Below, in pieces: positions 21,057 through 39,479 of a DNA stretch of 64,000 nucleotides. The stretch is from the sequence record NC_054932.1; one strand, written 5' to 3'. The notes under the pieces are model-generated. The model was not told the DNA's origin. It did no database searches and saw only the letters and a program-made list of their open reading frames with translations. Position 1 is the stretch's first letter, and each line of letters starts with the position of its first letter. A program made the translations under genes and the position numbers. Source of the DNA: Escherichia phage teqdroes.

Positions 21057-22622
21057 TTAGATACCTTTAACATATACACGGCGGAAGTAAGCGTTCTTAC
21101 CAAGGCTGTTCAGGATAGAAGGCATACCACTCTGAATGCGAGAAGCCGGAGCCTGAGCAGCGGATTCTGCAAATGGGTTGATACCGATACCGTAACGAGT
21201 TTTGAATCCCATTACTGGTTGGAAGTTCTTCGGATCGGAACCACGCAGCGGAGTCAGAGCTACATATGGAGCATAGTAAATACCAGCATCCATTTCGTTC
21301 GGACCTTTATAACCTACAGTGAAATAATCCTGTTTAGCATACTGGTCGATATATACACGGTATTTACCACCCAGAACACCTGCAAATACTGACTTAGTAG
21401 TATCAGTATTAAAACCGGTTGCCAAACCTTGAGCAGCATAAGAAATGCCAGTATCAACAGAAGCCAGTACGTTAACTACGTTACGAGAAGCGATAATGAA
21501 GTTACCTTCGCCGCGACCGGTTTGACGAGCAATTTCAACTGCTTCTTTGTCAATCTGGAACAACAGAGCTTTAAAGGATTCACCCGCCCAGCGAGCACCA
21601 CGAATATCGATTGGGTCCTGGAAGTCAAATACACCAGCTTTAGAACCCGGAGTCAGAGTCATACCAGATTTACCAACCTGAGCTGAGTAGTTAATCCAAT
21701 CAACAACTTCACGGTTGATTTCCAGCATAATTTCTGTAGCCAGAATACCAGACAGTTCAGCGTCAGCATCCATACCGTGAACAGCGCGGAGGTCTTGTGC
21801 TAATTCGATAGAGTAAGCAGCTTTCAGCTGGCGAGATTTAGCTTCGATAACTTGTTTATCGATACGGAAGCCCATTTCATTCCATGGGTTATCGGTAGAA
21901 CCGTTGAAACCTTCCTGGAGTTCAGCGATAGAAGTAGCCATACCTTCAGCGATTTCTACCAGTGCACCAGCTTCCATTTGTTTCTTAATTTCAGCATCTA
22001 ATTTATCTGCATCAGTTGCGCTTGCACTAATTGTTACTTGAGCAGAAGCTTGCAGATACACAGTACCAGTGTCCTGGAAGAAGTGAGTATAGATATCACC
22101 TACTGTGGTTTCTGTGCTAGCAGCCAGAGCTGGGAATTTCTTAGCAGCACCCTGACCAGAGAACATTGCATCTGGACCATACATTGGGTGGAATGCTTCT
22201 TTAGCACCGGCAGCGATCGGATCTTTACCATATACCGCGCGGAGTGCGAATACCTGACCGGTTGGGCTGTTCATCGGCTGAACACCACAAATATCGAAAG
22301 CAATCAGGTTAGGAATAGCACGACGTACCATACCCATAACAGCTGGGCCAATCTGAGTTACTGCGCCAGAAGTCTGACCTGCAGCGATGTTGGTAGCATT
22401 GTAACCGTGGTCACCACCGATTTCAGCTTCTGTTAAGAAAGAACCAAATGCCTGAGCAATTTTTTCGTCTTTATATTCTGGAGCTGTCTGGAAATCTTTT
22501 TCCTGGTTTTCAAAGATTTTAGCGATAATCGCTTGTTTGCTATTAGCAATTTCCGGTAAACCTTCACCTTCCAGTAATGGCTTCCATTTGTTCAAAAGTT
22601 CAGCTTTAGTTTTGATAGTCAT
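21057..22622 (-). CDS. 23: major capsid protein
   Basis: 521-aa ORF; T4 gp23 length; strong hairpin terminator downstream. Confidence 0.9.
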   Translation of the reverse strand: MTIKTKAELLNKWKPLLEGEGLPEIANSKQAIIAKIFENQEKDFQTAPEYKDEKIAQAFGSFLTEAEIGGDHGYNATNIAAGQTSGAVTQIGPAVMGMVRRAIPNLIAFDICGVQPMNSPTGQVFALRAVYGKDPIAAGAKEAFHPMYGPDAMFSGQGAAKKFPALAASTETTVGDIYTHFFQDTGTVYLQASAQVTISASATDADKLDAEIKKQMEAGALVEIAEGMATSIAELQEGFNGSTDNPWNEMGFRIDKQVIEAKSRQLKAAYSIELAQDLRAVHGMDADAELSGILATEIMLEINREVVDWINYSAQVGKSGMTLTPGSKAGVFDFQDPIDIRGARWAGESFKALLFQIDKEAVEIARQTGRGEGNFIIASRNVVNVLASVDTGISYAAQGLATGFNTDTTKSVFAGVLGGKYRVYIDQYAKQDYFTVGYKGPNEMDAGIYYAPYVALTPLRGSDPKNFQPVMGFKTRYGIGINPFAESAAQAPASRIQSGMPSILNSLGKNAYFRRVYVKGI

Positions 22623-22640
22623 TTGTGTTAACCTTTAAAA

Positions 22641-23450
22641 TTAGAAACGAGATGCGACTTTCGCATATACACTTACAATATCTTCTGCACCCTGTGCAGC
22701 TTTATCTTCTACAGCTTCAGTGACGAAATTCAGTCCGGCTGCTTCAGTATCAGGAGTATTTATACTCTCAGTAATAGTGCTTTCATCTTTATTAGATTTC
22801 TTCACCATTTCTACGATTGCACTCAATTTACTTGAGAATGCATCTGAATAATCCATACCTTCGACCAGAGCAGAGACTTTTTCTTTTTGAGACTCAGTCA
22901 GATCTTTAGTACTTTCGCTCAATGCCACTTCACGCTGCACATAATTGATATATGCGTCACGCTTATTGAGTTCTTCGAACAGACGAGCTGATTCTTCTTT
23001 ATGTTCTTGCAGCTCTTCTTCCATTTCAGCTACAACATCAACCGATTCTTCTGGAACAACAACGTTGTGTTCAACAAAGAGCTCTTTTAATCCACCAAGC
23101 ATGGATTCAAACAGTTCGGCTTTGATGCCTTTATCAACTGCTAATTTATTTTCAGCGAGCCATTCTTTCGCAAGATGGTCAATGAATTTAGAAGCTTGCT
23201 CAGCGATTTTCTTCTCAGCTTTTTCTTCGGCTTCTTCTTTATTTTTTTCTACTTCTTCTTCTGCTTTTTCAGCAATTTTAGCGATATGAGATTCAGCTAA
23301 TTTAACGGCGTGCTGCTTGACGGTAGCTTCGAATACAGTGCCGAAAGTTTCTTTTGCTTCCGGAGAAATATTAACTGATTCGAAAATACTATCAAGAGCA
23401 ACGGAAGCATCAATTTTCTGCGCTTCGGCAATCAGTTGTTCTTTAAGCAT
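22641..23450 (-). CDS. 22: prohead core scaffold protein
   Basis: 269-aa acidic coiled-coil ORF; T4 gp22 length. Confidence 0.8.
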   Translation of the reverse strand: MLKEQLIAEAQKIDASVALDSIFESVNISPEAKETFGTVFEATVKQHAVKLAESHIAKIAEKAEEEVEKNKEEAEEKAEKKIAEQASKFIDHLAKEWLAENKLAVDKGIKAELFESMLGGLKELFVEHNVVVPEESVDVVAEMEEELQEHKEESARLFEELNKRDAYINYVQREVALSESTKDLTESQKEKVSALVEGMDYSDAFSSKLSAIVEMVKKSNKDESTITESINTPDTEAAGLNFVTEAVEDKAAQGAEDIVSVYAKVASRF

Positions 23451-23477
23451 TTTGTAGTCCTGTTGTTTAGATAATAA

Positions 23478-23485
23478 TATTTATA
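23478..23485 (-). promoter_or_regulatory. late promoter for gene 22
   Basis: Minus-strand TATAAATA overlapping gene 21 stop. Confidence 0.5.
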
Positions 23486-24119
23486 ACGCTTTTTTCATGG
23501 CCTCTGCGAGAGCCATATAGGCGTCATCGGCACTTGTATCGGCTTCCGCCGTCTGTGATTCGGTAATTTCCTTAGGAGTTACCCATGCATCTGGAGCACT
23601 TGGACCCCATACTGCATCAACACCTACAGTTAATTTGAATCCTTCGTTTACGATACGATAACCTTTATTTGTGTCAGTCAATGAACCTAATCCACGAGAA
23701 GAAACTCCTGGAATCCATCCGGCACGAATATTAGCTGCTAATTTATCTCCAGGACCATGGTCACCTTCAATAACACGAGCTCGTCCGTATACGTCATTTC
23801 CTTTCCACCACATATCTTCTATAATGATAGCGGCTTGCATTGGGTCAACATTAGCGCGTGGAGGATGATTTAATTCTCCGAGAGCTTGTTTAGTTAAAAC
23901 TTGCTCATTAATATAGTCTTTTACCGCTTTTTCCAATATACGTTTTGGATAAAGACGTTTATTTCTATTGACGACTTCCGCTTGCATGAATATTCCTTCG
24001 ATGTATAAACCCGGTTTTAAACCTAAGTCTTTTCCATCATGAGATTCAAGCATTGGCACGCCATCAATAATTTCGCCAGGTTGACCCCAAGTTTCAATTA
24101 GTAATTGGGGTTCATTCAT
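23481..24119 (-). CDS. 21: prohead core protease
   Basis: 212-aa ORF; T4 gp21 length and position. Confidence 0.85.
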   Translation of the reverse strand: MNEPQLLIETWGQPGEIIDGVPMLESHDGKDLGLKPGLYIEGIFMQAEVVNRNKRLYPKRILEKAVKDYINEQVLTKQALGELNHPPRANVDPMQAAIIIEDMWWKGNDVYGRARVIEGDHGPGDKLAANIRAGWIPGVSSRGLGSLTDTNKGYRIVNEGFKLTVGVDAVWGPSAPDAWVTPKEITESQTAEADTSADDAYMALAEAMKKAL

Positions 24120-24544
24120 TAGCTTAATCCTAATGCTTTACGGCGTTTAAGAGCTTTTTTACGCTTACGCTGAGCACGAGATTGACCTGCTGGATTGGCA
24201 ATCTTCGTTTTGGTAGCTTTACGAGCAATTTGTCTACGTTTTGCTTTAGACAGCCCAGTGGTTTGAAATGCATTACGTTCACGCGTTTTGCGGTCTTTAG
24301 TGCGAGTAATTTCACCACGGGCGGAAACATGTTTAACGATAAATTCATTTAGCGGCATATTTTCATTAATAGAAGCTAATGCAACCGCTAAATCAGTTTC
24401 ATCATCAAGCATATTCTCGACAATTGTATTTATATCGTCTTTATTTAAAGCAGAAGACAATTCGTCAAAGCGACCCTGTGCTTCAGGAATAAGTGCTTCG
24501 ACATTCTCGAGAACTAATTCATGAGTTTCAGGGATCAGAAGCAT
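24119..24544 (-). CDS. 68: prohead core protein
   Basis: 141-aa basic ORF; T4 gp68 position. Confidence 0.7.
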
Positions 24545-24782
24545 TATTCATCATCCTCGTCTTCGTCAGAGTCTTCGTCTTTTTTGTCGTCTTTATCATC
24601 ACTATCTTCGTCTTCGTCATCATCCTCGTCATCAGGTTCTTCACCTTCGATTAAGAAATTACGAGCGATAGCGATTTTTTCTTCTTTAATTAAATCAATC
24701 GTTCTTGCAGCCATGGCTTCAGCAAATAATTTACGAGCGGCTACGAGGTCGTTTGATTTAATAGCTTCAATTAAACCTTCCA

Positions 24783-24783
<1 letters not shown>
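24544..24783 (-). CDS. 67: prohead core protein with poly-acidic tail
   Basis: 79-aa ORF ending in D/E-rich run; matches T4 gp67 as I recall it. Confidence 0.75.
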
Positions 24784-26408
<1,625 letters not shown>

Positions 26409-26440
26409 TTAAGCAGGATGGGGATTTCTCCCCATTCATT

Positions 26441-26932
26441 TTATTCCCAATAATCGAGAGCAAGAGTTACTTCAAAGGTTTGGATTTCATTGTTTGAATC
26501 CCAATCTAATTGAAGTTCACCCACGTTAGTAGGCCACAGACCTTTAATTTCAATTTCTTTTGTTACTGTTTTAGCGTCACGAGCGTATTGACGAACGATA
26601 GCGCTCTTTTTATACTCGGCAGGTTTTCCACCAGTAATTTCGTTTCCTTGCCCCGCAGCAATGCTTTGCCAATCAACGAACTTCTGGCGAGCATCATGTG
26701 CCTCATCGTTCATTACTGTAACAGTCCAGTCATCGAATGTACGATCACCTGCTACGTTAATTTTACGGTTCATAAATCCGACTGGAATTTTTTCTACAAT
26801 ACCAGCTGGTAAAGCAGTGGCTTTACATTGAAACGTAAAATTTTGTCCAAGATAAGAAATTTCTACTTGGAATAAGTTAGGTCGCGCAAAATCACCCGAT
26901 TCAAACGCGCGTGTTACATCATCTACAAACAT
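26441..26932 (-). CDS. 19: tail tube protein
   Basis: 163-aa ORF; T4 gp19 length. Confidence 0.85.
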   Translation of the reverse strand: MFVDDVTRAFESGDFARPNLFQVEISYLGQNFTFQCKATALPAGIVEKIPVGFMNRKINVAGDRTFDDWTVTVMNDEAHDARQKFVDWQSIAAGQGNEITGGKPAEYKKSAIVRQYARDAKTVTKEIEIKGLWPTNVGELQLDWDSNNEIQTFEVTLALDYWE

Positions 26933-26946
26933 ATTAGCCTCTGTAG

Positions 26947-26954
26947 TATTTATA
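26947..26954 (-). promoter_or_regulatory. late promoter for gene 19 (proximal)
   Basis: Minus-strand TATAAATA. Confidence 0.5.
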
Positions 26955-27005
26955 TCCCTATGTTTAACCTAGGGCATATAGAATTAAAGAATTAAGGATA
27001 TAGTG

Positions 27006-27013
27006 TATTTATA
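27006..27013 (-). promoter_or_regulatory. late promoter motif (distal) upstream of gene 19
   Basis: Second minus-strand TATAAATA next to gene 18 terminator hairpin. Confidence 0.45.
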
Positions 27014-27015
27014 TG

Positions 27016-27033
27016 GCCTGCCGAAACAGGCCT
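27016..27033 (-). terminator. hairpin after gene 18
   Basis: GGCCTG-CCGAAA-CAGGCC just downstream of gene 18 stop. Confidence 0.45.
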
Positions 27034-27048
27034 TTAGAATGCACCGTA

Positions 27049-29028
27049 TTAACCTGCAAGACCAGTTAACTCATCGAAATCTGCACCAGTAGCAGTTGCT
27101 ACGAAGTTTAAGGTAATGTAGTTAATGCTTCTAGCCGGTTGGATGTAGAATGTTGCAACAAACTCATTTCTATCAATTACTGACGGAGTGTTATTTGTTG
27201 TATCGCAAACTACACGATATTCATAAATTCCACCGAGAGCTTTAATTCCCTGTAAGTACTGGGCAGTTTCTGTGCGGAATGATGAACGAGTAAACGCGTT
27301 GTTTAATTCGAACAAACGATATTTTGAACTACGTCCGATATTCGTTTTCAACATATTAAACAGACGACGAACGTTAATACGATCAAATGGAGAAGGAACA
27401 GAAGTAGCTGTTTTATCACCATACAATACGTAACCATCACCACCTGTACCAGTTACTGGGTTGATAGCTTCTTGGTATAAACGGTCGCGCTGAGCCTGGC
27501 GAGTTTCAATAGCCAGTTTAATAACGTTAAGAATCTGACCACGATTATAACCAGCTGGAGACATCCAAGTCTGAGATACGTTATCAGTTCTTGCGCATAA
27601 ACCAGCAATATCAGCTGCTAATGGAACCCAACGATTCACATCATTATATTTGTCATACTGATACTTATAGTTACCATCAATTGCTGCGTAGGTTGAACTG
27701 ATATTAAAGTTATTATCAGTGTATGAACCTGCTGCAGTTCTCCAATTGACTAAGTTATCAACAGCACGAGTTACAGGAATTCCAACTACAGTTTCACGCG
27801 GAGGAGAGCATAATACTAAGCAATCTTGGCGAGCATCCCCAATTGAAACGACGTGTTTTTGGACAGTAGATGCTGTTTCTAAAGATTCACCGGCACAAGA
27901 ACCCGCAATAAACAGTTGAACATCAACGGATTCACGGTCAGCAAAGAAGTCCCAAGCTTCCATCAAATCTCCTGCTGTTACTTCAGCATTTGATGATAAT
28001 CCACCAGACAGAGTTAAAATTCCAGAGAAGCCTTCTGGCCAGTTTTGTGCAGTTGCAAAAATATATTCTGAACCACCTTTTGCGAAAAAGTCATCGATAT
28101 AGATGTTACTATCGTAAATATCTTTTTCACCACGCTTAGTTGAAAGAACAACGCTTTGAACAATAGCATCATTACGACGAACTATAATAGCATACTGTGA
28201 ATCAGTTTGTGGTCCATATCCAAACACTGCTTTAGCAGTAGATGCACGAGTACCACCACCTGGATAAATTGGGAGTAATGCAGAAGCTCCTTTTGCGTAG
28301 TCAGCTTTAGATACGATTTCAATTTCAATTTTATCGCCTAATTCGCCTGGATAAAGAGCTACTACTCCTGGAATTCCGTATTTTTTAAGATTTGTTTGAA
28401 AGTCAACCGCTGTCATAGCAGCTTCAGCATTTTCAATTTCAGCTAATAAAATACCAGAATCAGTAATAATTTTTCCAAGAGTTATTACTGCAGCTAAACC
28501 AGAGGAAGACGAAGAAATTTCCGCAGTCCAGTTAGAACCTAATTCCGGATATTCACCGACTTCTTTCGCTTTAGCGATAATTTTTGCAGTAGGAATATTA
28601 ATTTTCTTAATTTTTCCATCTGCGTCTACTTCAGTAATTTTACCTTCAGTTTCAATATCATCTGAAACATATTTGACCGTGATTTTATCTCCAACTGCAT
28701 AGTTACTACCTGGGGTAGAAATTGTGTATTCAATATTACCAGCAATCGGAGATGAGTTTTTAGCGGTATCTCTATCAACAGCACGAACTACTCGTAAGTC
28801 ATTTCCGTACTGCAAGAAATTCATCGCAGACATAAAATAGTCAGCAGTTTCAGCGGTTGGTTGACCAAAAGTATTAACTAAATCTACTTCATTTGTAACC
28901 TGTTTAATCTGAAAAGCAGGACCCCACTGGAATTTACCGGCCAAAGCTGCTGTACCAGTAGAGTTATTAACCACGGTGCTTTGAACCGTAGTTTCTTTGA
29001 GCTCAATGCCCGGAGATAATAAAGTCAT
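27049..29028 (-). CDS. 18: tail sheath protein
   Basis: 659-aa ORF; T4 gp18 length. Confidence 0.9.
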   Translation of the reverse strand: MTLLSPGIELKETTVQSTVVNNSTGTAALAGKFQWGPAFQIKQVTNEVDLVNTFGQPTAETADYFMSAMNFLQYGNDLRVVRAVDRDTAKNSSPIAGNIEYTISTPGSNYAVGDKITVKYVSDDIETEGKITEVDADGKIKKINIPTAKIIAKAKEVGEYPELGSNWTAEISSSSSGLAAVITLGKIITDSGILLAEIENAEAAMTAVDFQTNLKKYGIPGVVALYPGELGDKIEIEIVSKADYAKGASALLPIYPGGGTRASTAKAVFGYGPQTDSQYAIIVRRNDAIVQSVVLSTKRGEKDIYDSNIYIDDFFAKGGSEYIFATAQNWPEGFSGILTLSGGLSSNAEVTAGDLMEAWDFFADRESVDVQLFIAGSCAGESLETASTVQKHVVSIGDARQDCLVLCSPPRETVVGIPVTRAVDNLVNWRTAAGSYTDNNFNISSTYAAIDGNYKYQYDKYNDVNRWVPLAADIAGLCARTDNVSQTWMSPAGYNRGQILNVIKLAIETRQAQRDRLYQEAINPVTGTGGDGYVLYGDKTATSVPSPFDRINVRRLFNMLKTNIGRSSKYRLFELNNAFTRSSFRTETAQYLQGIKALGGIYEYRVVCDTTNNTPSVIDRNEFVATFYIQPARSINYITLNFVATATGADFDELTGLAG

Positions 29029-29056
29029 TTTTAATCCTCTTTAATATGCTTTAATA

Positions 29057-32197
<3,141 letters not shown>

Positions 32198-32238
32198 GAT
32201 TTCTCCTAATCTGGGCTTTAATTAGTTTATAATATTTA

Positions 32239-33940
<1,702 letters not shown>

Positions 33941-33971
33941 TTAAAATCCTTTGGGGCCTTGCGGCCCCATG

Positions 33972-35435
33972 TTATGCTGGTGATAAAAAGGTAGAAAGCA
34001 ATACCCATTCGCCGTCTTTACGAACGTAAGCTTGCCCATCTCTTGGCGCTTCAGGAATATAACCGGCTTCTTGGAGAGCTTGAACATCGCCTTGTAAAGA
34101 AGATATATTGCCTTTAGCTGTATTCACTTCTTGTGTAACTGATGCAATGTTGGTTTCGTTAGCTTTTATTGAATTGGTTAATCCGCGTTCTTCAACAGTT
34201 GAACCGTTTGGATTAGTTCCATTTACTAAAGTATTTAACGCTACAACTTGCCCTTTAATTCCTGTGCTGTTATTACCAATCTCTACTTGTAGGTTTTGAA
34301 CATCATTATTCAAGCCTGAAACAGAAGTTTCAATTGTAGAAACTCGGTTTAAAAGAGACCCAGGAGGAGAAGGTTGTCCACCACTAGAATCAGTTCCAAC
34401 AATTTGGTTTAACCATGAAACATTCGCTCTTAAACCAGATGAAGTGTTTTCACCGACGATTCCATTTAGAGATTCGATTGAAGTTGTATTATCTTTGATT
34501 TGGCCTTTAATACTTGAAGGAATATCGTCTGATCCAATAGAAGTTTCAATAACGGTTAAACGCTGTTTAATACCTCCACTTTGATTTAGCTCTAAATTAA
34601 TAGATGCAATATTATCAGTGTTTGTATTAACACTCGTGATAATCGAATTATTTCCTGGATATCCTATTGAGGTCTTAATAGCACTAATGTCAGACTCAAC
34701 TGTTGTCTGTTTAGTGTCAATTTCATTTAAACGACTGTAAACGTTCTGTGAAAATGACGGTGGTTTTGGTCCAAGCTCTTCGCGAAGATTACCAACTTCA
34801 ATAGTCAAAGAACCTACATCAGATTCAATAAATTTTGTTTCTAATTCGCTTAAACGTATTCCCTGTGAAGTAATGACATCAGTATTATTAATAATGCGAT
34901 GCTTCATTCCACTACTAGGATTTCCTACAACAGGAAGACCATTAATATCTTGACCTGTGTATTGTCCAAGTTCACGCTTTATCCATAGTAAATCATTTCT
35001 GATCGTTCTGTATACAGAGTTGGCCTCGGAGTTAAATGGACCAATATCAGCAAGAATGCTGTCAACTGTGCTATTAGTCCCATTTAATATTTCTGTATGT
35101 TCACTGGTTAGCGTTTTAAGGTCAGAAATATCATTTTTATTGATACTTATTTGGGCCAAAGCTTCAATATCACCAGATACATCTAAGATGCCCTGAATTG
35201 TTTTAATATCACTATTTGCGGTTTCTAAAGATGTTTTAAGTATTCCAATGTTTTTATCAAGAACTTCAACATTTCTTAGTACAGAAACTGTAGGTCTATT
35301 CATTGAACCTTCGCTTCCATACTGTGTGTCAGCTCCTAATATTTCTTCGCCGTTTTTAATCCAGGAAATGCGGCTCTGGCCCTCTGCAGGAGGGCCGTCA
35401 ACGAATGGTAAGTCATTCAGTACAATATCTGTCAT
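33972..35435 (-). CDS. wac: fibritin (whisker antigen control)
   Basis: 487-aa coiled-coil ORF ending in foldon sequence [27 protein letters not shown]. Confidence 0.9.
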   Translation of the reverse strand: MTDIVLNDLPFVDGPPAEGQSRISWIKNGEEILGADTQYGSEGSMNRPTVSVLRNVEVLDKNIGILKTSLETANSDIKTIQGILDVSGDIEALAQISINKNDISDLKTLTSEHTEILNGTNSTVDSILADIGPFNSEANSVYRTIRNDLLWIKRELGQYTGQDINGLPVVGNPSSGMKHRIINNTDVITSQGIRLSELETKFIESDVGSLTIEVGNLREELGPKPPSFSQNVYSRLNEIDTKQTTVESDISAIKTSIGYPGNNSIITSVNTNTDNIASINLELNQSGGIKQRLTVIETSIGSDDIPSSIKGQIKDNTTSIESLNGIVGENTSSGLRANVSWLNQIVGTDSSGGQPSPPGSLLNRVSTIETSVSGLNNDVQNLQVEIGNNSTGIKGQVVALNTLVNGTNPNGSTVEERGLTNSIKANETNIASVTQEVNTAKGNISSLQGDVQALQEAGYIPEAPRDGQAYVRKDGEWVLLSTFLSPA

Positions 35436-37015
35436 TCTTTTACCTTAATTATGTAGTTTAAAGAAATGTTCCATGGACGTGTTTCATTTCCAATTAATTC
35501 AGGGCGATTTAACGTATATTTGGAATTTCGCTGCGATGCCGGGTCAATTTCATATCCATCATTGGTGAAGTATGAACGGTTATCCCAGTCAAGTCCTTTA
35601 CGTGTACCAACAAAATTTGATCTACGGGTATTACCGAATGCCCCAGAATCATCATGCTCACCAAATCCACCAGCATGTTTATGATAAGACATCTGCTGTT
35701 TCTGTACTTCACCAACATATCCACCAGTACAACCTACACCTAATCTAGGTTTACCAAATTGGTCATTACCATTAACATTTGGATTTGTTAAGTGAGAGCC
35801 ACGACCAGAGCCACGAACAAAAAGACCACGCATGTCAGGCAATCCAGGATTTGATGAGCTTCCGCCATATCTTGTTCCAATTCTAGAAGCATATAATGGA
35901 CAATCTGACGCTGAAACAGTTCCACCGTGGCAAAAACGCCAAGCATCACTAGGAAGACTATCAGCGGCCCACATCATAATAGCTCCGACAGGAATAGTTC
36001 TATCAATTTCATTTTGTGTTACGACACGCTTACCTTGAATATAACCACCGGTCATGTTAACTGTTCCGGTAATATTTGCTCCACCTGAAGCTATTGTAAG
36101 CGTGTTATTAATGCGAAGTGTTCCATTGATAGTTTGACCGCCTCTTTGGTGGATAACGTCAGCATTCCAAGCTAAGGCTGATGAAGCATCTCCTCCACTC
36201 TGTGAACCGGCCGTTGTTGTTAATCTAACTACGCCTCTCATTGACGTTGTAGAACCACGACCATTAAGAGTTGCGCCAGTAACCGCAACAGAAGCATTAT
36301 TCGAGTTAACTTCTGATTGTGTTCCTAATTTAATTACGCCTTTATATTCTTCAGTAGCAGATGAATTCATAAACGTATAAGGAGAAATTGCATAGCCTTC
36401 TCTCAAAGTTCCCTGACGAACCTGCGCTACTGTTGCTAATTGAACAACACCTTGGTCCGATTCAGTAGCTGTGGTTTCAGAAGGAGCAATTTGCGCAATT
36501 AATTTAATAGCTAACTGCTGTGTTTTTAATGGAGTCATTGCAGTAGTATCATCTGCACCAGCTAATGCTTGCGGTAGAGATGAAATTTTAATAACACCAT
36601 TCGAGGATTCAGTTGAAACTCGTGTTTCAAACGCATTATTAAGAGCAACAGTAAATTTAGCTGGAGTTATAGAAGATTCATTATTAACTCCGGCAATGGC
36701 TTCATCATTGGTTGAATATCTTGTTAATCCGTAAACAGTTTCAGTTGCGTTTGGATATGATAATCTTGTTGCCAACGTTGCTGGTGTAACTGCTTTGGTA
36801 TTATTAGTTCCATCTATAACTTCCTGTTCAGTGGCAAGAAATAAAATTCCCTTTGTTGTTGACGATGCATCAGGAACTCCATTTACGCCAGCAGGAGAAA
36901 TGGCTGCTATAGCAGCCTGAACATCAGTAATCTCTGGTGGAAAATTCGTATCGGTAGGATCAAATTTTACATAACGAGATTCATTAGAAACGTGTTGATA
37001 TGTATTATTACTCAT
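35432..37015 (-). CDS. 12: short tail fibre protein
   Basis: 527-aa ORF; T4 gp12 length. Confidence 0.85.
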   Translation of the reverse strand: MSNNTYQHVSNESRYVKFDPTDTNFPPEITDVQAAIAAISPAGVNGVPDASSTTKGILFLATEQEVIDGTNNTKAVTPATLATRLSYPNATETVYGLTRYSTNDEAIAGVNNESSITPAKFTVALNNAFETRVSTESSNGVIKISSLPQALAGADDTTAMTPLKTQQLAIKLIAQIAPSETTATESDQGVVQLATVAQVRQGTLREGYAISPYTFMNSSATEEYKGVIKLGTQSEVNSNNASVAVTGATLNGRGSTTSMRGVVRLTTTAGSQSGGDASSALAWNADVIHQRGGQTINGTLRINNTLTIASGGANITGTVNMTGGYIQGKRVVTQNEIDRTIPVGAIMMWAADSLPSDAWRFCHGGTVSASDCPLYASRIGTRYGGSSSNPGLPDMRGLFVRGSGRGSHLTNPNVNGNDQFGKPRLGVGCTGGYVGEVQKQQMSYHKHAGGFGEHDDSGAFGNTRRSNFVGTRKGLDWDNRSYFTNDGYEIDPASQRNSKYTLNRPELIGNETRPWNISLNYIIKVKE

Positions 37016-37671
37016 GCTGTTCTCTCAAAATGATAAAATACTGTAGGAGTCTGCTGATTATCTAAAGTTACAGTTTGTGCGCCTAATAAATTCCATGTAC
37101 CGTAGCCAGGTTTAGACTCAGAAATAATTTCCTGTGAAATAGTTATTCCATATGTAGAATATGTGCTTAATACATGTTTTTGATTATCTAAATAAGTAAC
37201 TTCTAATTTACTACCATCTGTTGGATGGTCTTTATATGAGTTAATAGCAGTAAATGACGCAATAGCTTCTTGAAGGGCAACACGAACTTTTGCAACAAAC
37301 TCAATTGCCGTCATTCCAGTAGTTGCTGAAACTGGAAGACCAAATACTAATACCGTAACAGGAGAACCCGGAGGAAGAGAATCGTCTGTTACAGTTCCAG
37401 AAAATGCCCAATAATCGGTTTGAGAAACACCCTCAGGAGAAACACCAGTTTTATTAGTAATAATTGTACCAACGTCTTTTATAGAAAAATTATGAACATC
37501 ATTAATAGCTGATTCTACGTTTGGTTCATAAAATCCTTTCGCTAATTGAGAAATTGTCACTGACCCAACTGATTGACGATTCATTACATCTATATTACCA
37601 GCTTTAGGTCTAAAACCAAGAAAATCGGCTAAGCGGGAAATAACTCCCGCTTTATTATTAAGTAAACTCAT
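37012..37671 (-). CDS. 11: baseplate wedge / short tail fibre attachment
   Basis: 219 aa from MSLLNNKAG (ORF track extends to 37689). Confidence 0.8.
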   Translation of the reverse strand: MSLLNNKAGVISRLADFLGFRPKAGNIDVMNRQSVGSVTISQLAKGFYEPNVESAINDVHNFSIKDVGTIITNKTGVSPEGVSQTDYWAFSGTVTDDSLPPGSPVTVLVFGLPVSATTGMTAIEFVAKVRVALQEAIASFTAINSYKDHPTDGSKLEVTYLDNQKHVLSTYSTYGITISQEIISESKPGYGTWNLLGAQTVTLDNQQTPTVFYHFERTA

Positions 37672-39479
37672 TATGCAATCCTTATCCAACGATAAACTGT
37701 AATATATGGTTGAATGTTAGTTATTGATGTTGGCGGAGTGTGAGTAGAGTTAGTAGATGCTTTAGCTTCACGGTATTTAGTGTAAATTGGACCGGATTCA
37801 TCTGGATCGTATTGACACCCACCAACAATGACTGATCCATTTTCATCAACTATTAGAACTTCTTCATCTGTTTCAGTTGCAGGAAGATTAGCATTTTCCA
37901 ATGTAACAGAAGTAGAACCACCTGTTCCACCTGCAGTATGTGAAGGATTTCCACCCGAATCTAAATCGTTGTTATTTAGAGCAAAGTTAGGGTCCGAAAT
38001 ATCTTCATTCCATCCAACTAAAACTTTTCCTTGCCCAAATAATTTCCATGAGCCGAATCCCATATATGTAACAGGGTTGTTTGGATTAACAGCGTTTTCA
38101 TATATAGTTCCAATAGGATAAATCGTATCAAAGATATTTGAAACAGCATTAAATTCGCGTTGATAAGATTGAACTGCTTCTACATTTGGCCAACCAATTT
38201 TATCGAAGTCTGTTAAATTTACATCACCAGAAATATCTACTCCCGGTCCTTGAGATACATAAAGATTATCAGTTTCATCAATAATCTCGTCTTTTGTTAA
38301 TAATGTGCCTAAATCATTATTAAACCAGGTGATATTGATAATGTCACCATGCTCAAATACTCTATCGAAATGTAAAATTTCCGGTATGCCGTTTTCATCA
38401 GTTTCAATTGAATAATCGGTATGAGATTGTTCCCAAGTTCCACCTAAAACAGAGCATTCTACTTCATCGTCTGAATCGGCACCAACACAATGAAATAATG
38501 GCATTCCAACTGTGCCAGCCAATTCCTGCAAAATCCCATTAAAACGAACCTCAAGAGAGTTAGGATTAATAGGTTCTCCTGGAATTAATCCAAAAGCAGA
38601 AAATGGAATTGATTTCATTGTTGATAAATCAGTAACGTAAATACTTCCTTCTAAAGAAGTTTTTGACGTTAATTTTGAATCTAACAATCTAATTTGACGT
38701 CTTGTATATGAACTTCTCCACTGCGATACACCATCCATAAATGTTTCAATTTGAACAGTGTCACCAATATTACAAGGCTGTCTTAATCGAATATTAAATC
38801 CATCAAGAGGAACCAGTTCTCCTTCATTTTCGCCCGGAGAGCCAAAATCGCTGTTTTCGCTAAACACATCGCCATAATATAATTCGTTACCACGATGTTT
38901 TACTCTGATGTTATTTACATTATAACTAGTTCCACGGAAAACATCTAAAAAGTCTGTTTGTCCTTGGACTTCGACTAAAAATTCTTTACGAGCTACATTA
39001 CTAATGTCTGAACTGGTAATTTTGTCAATTTGTTTATTTTTGACATATTCCCAACGTCCTGGGGCACAATACACTAGTTCTAAATCGCTGAATTGAACAT
39101 TAATTTCAACTGGTACTGCAGACCCTTTAATCGTATCGCCGGAAGCAGCTACTAGTGTAACTGGGTTGACGTTCCATGTAGCAAATACGTCTCTAGCTCT
39201 AATTACCTTGTTGTAATCATTAACTGTACCCTTTGGAAGACTTATAGTCACTCTTCCAGAAGATGTATTAATAGCGTATGATTTTCCCCATTCTGCTGTT
39301 AATGTTTGTCCTGATGAAGCATTATAAGTTTTCCAGGCACCGGCTGAATATGGAACATCACCATCACCGAGTTCATAATAAAGCTCATCAAAGTTTTCAT
39401 TTATTTTTATACCACCTTTACGCAGGTAGTCACCGGTACCATCATCTACAACATTACCGATATTAATATTTTGTTTCAT
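37671..39479 (-). CDS. 10: baseplate wedge subunit and tail pin
   Basis: 602-aa ORF; T4 gp10 length. Confidence 0.85.
   Translation of the reverse strand: MKQNINIGNVVDDGTGDYLRKGGIKINENFDELYYELGDGDVPYSAGAWKTYNASSGQTLTAEWGKSYAINTSSGRVTISLPKGTVNDYNKVIRARDVFATWNVNPVTLVAASGDTIKGSAVPVEINVQFSDLELVYCAPGRWEYVKNKQIDKITSSDISNVARKEFLVEVQGQTDFLDVFRGTSYNVNNIRVKHRGNELYYGDVFSENSDFGSPGENEGELVPLDGFNIRLRQPCNIGDTVQIETFMDGVSQWRSSYTRRQIRLLDSKLTSKTSLEGSIYVTDLSTMKSIPFSAFGLIPGEPINPNSLEVRFNGILQELAGTVGMPLFHCVGADSDDEVECSVLGGTWEQSHTDYSIETDENGIPEILHFDRVFEHGDIINITWFNNDLGTLLTKDEIIDETDNLYVSQGPGVDISGDVNLTDFDKIGWPNVEAVQSYQREFNAVSNIFDTIYPIGTIYENAVNPNNPVTYMGFGSWKLFGQGKVLVGWNEDISDPNFALNNNDLDSGGNPSHTAGGTGGSTSVTLENANLPATETDEEVLIVDENGSVIVGGCQYDPDESGPIYTKYREAKASTNSTHTPPTSITNIQPYITVYRWIRIA

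Noticed and set aside
22945-23289. 114-aa Ser-rich plus-strand ORF inside gene 22
   Set aside because: Antisense to the Glu/Lys/Ala-rich scaffold gene; low-complexity shadow ORF with no RBS.
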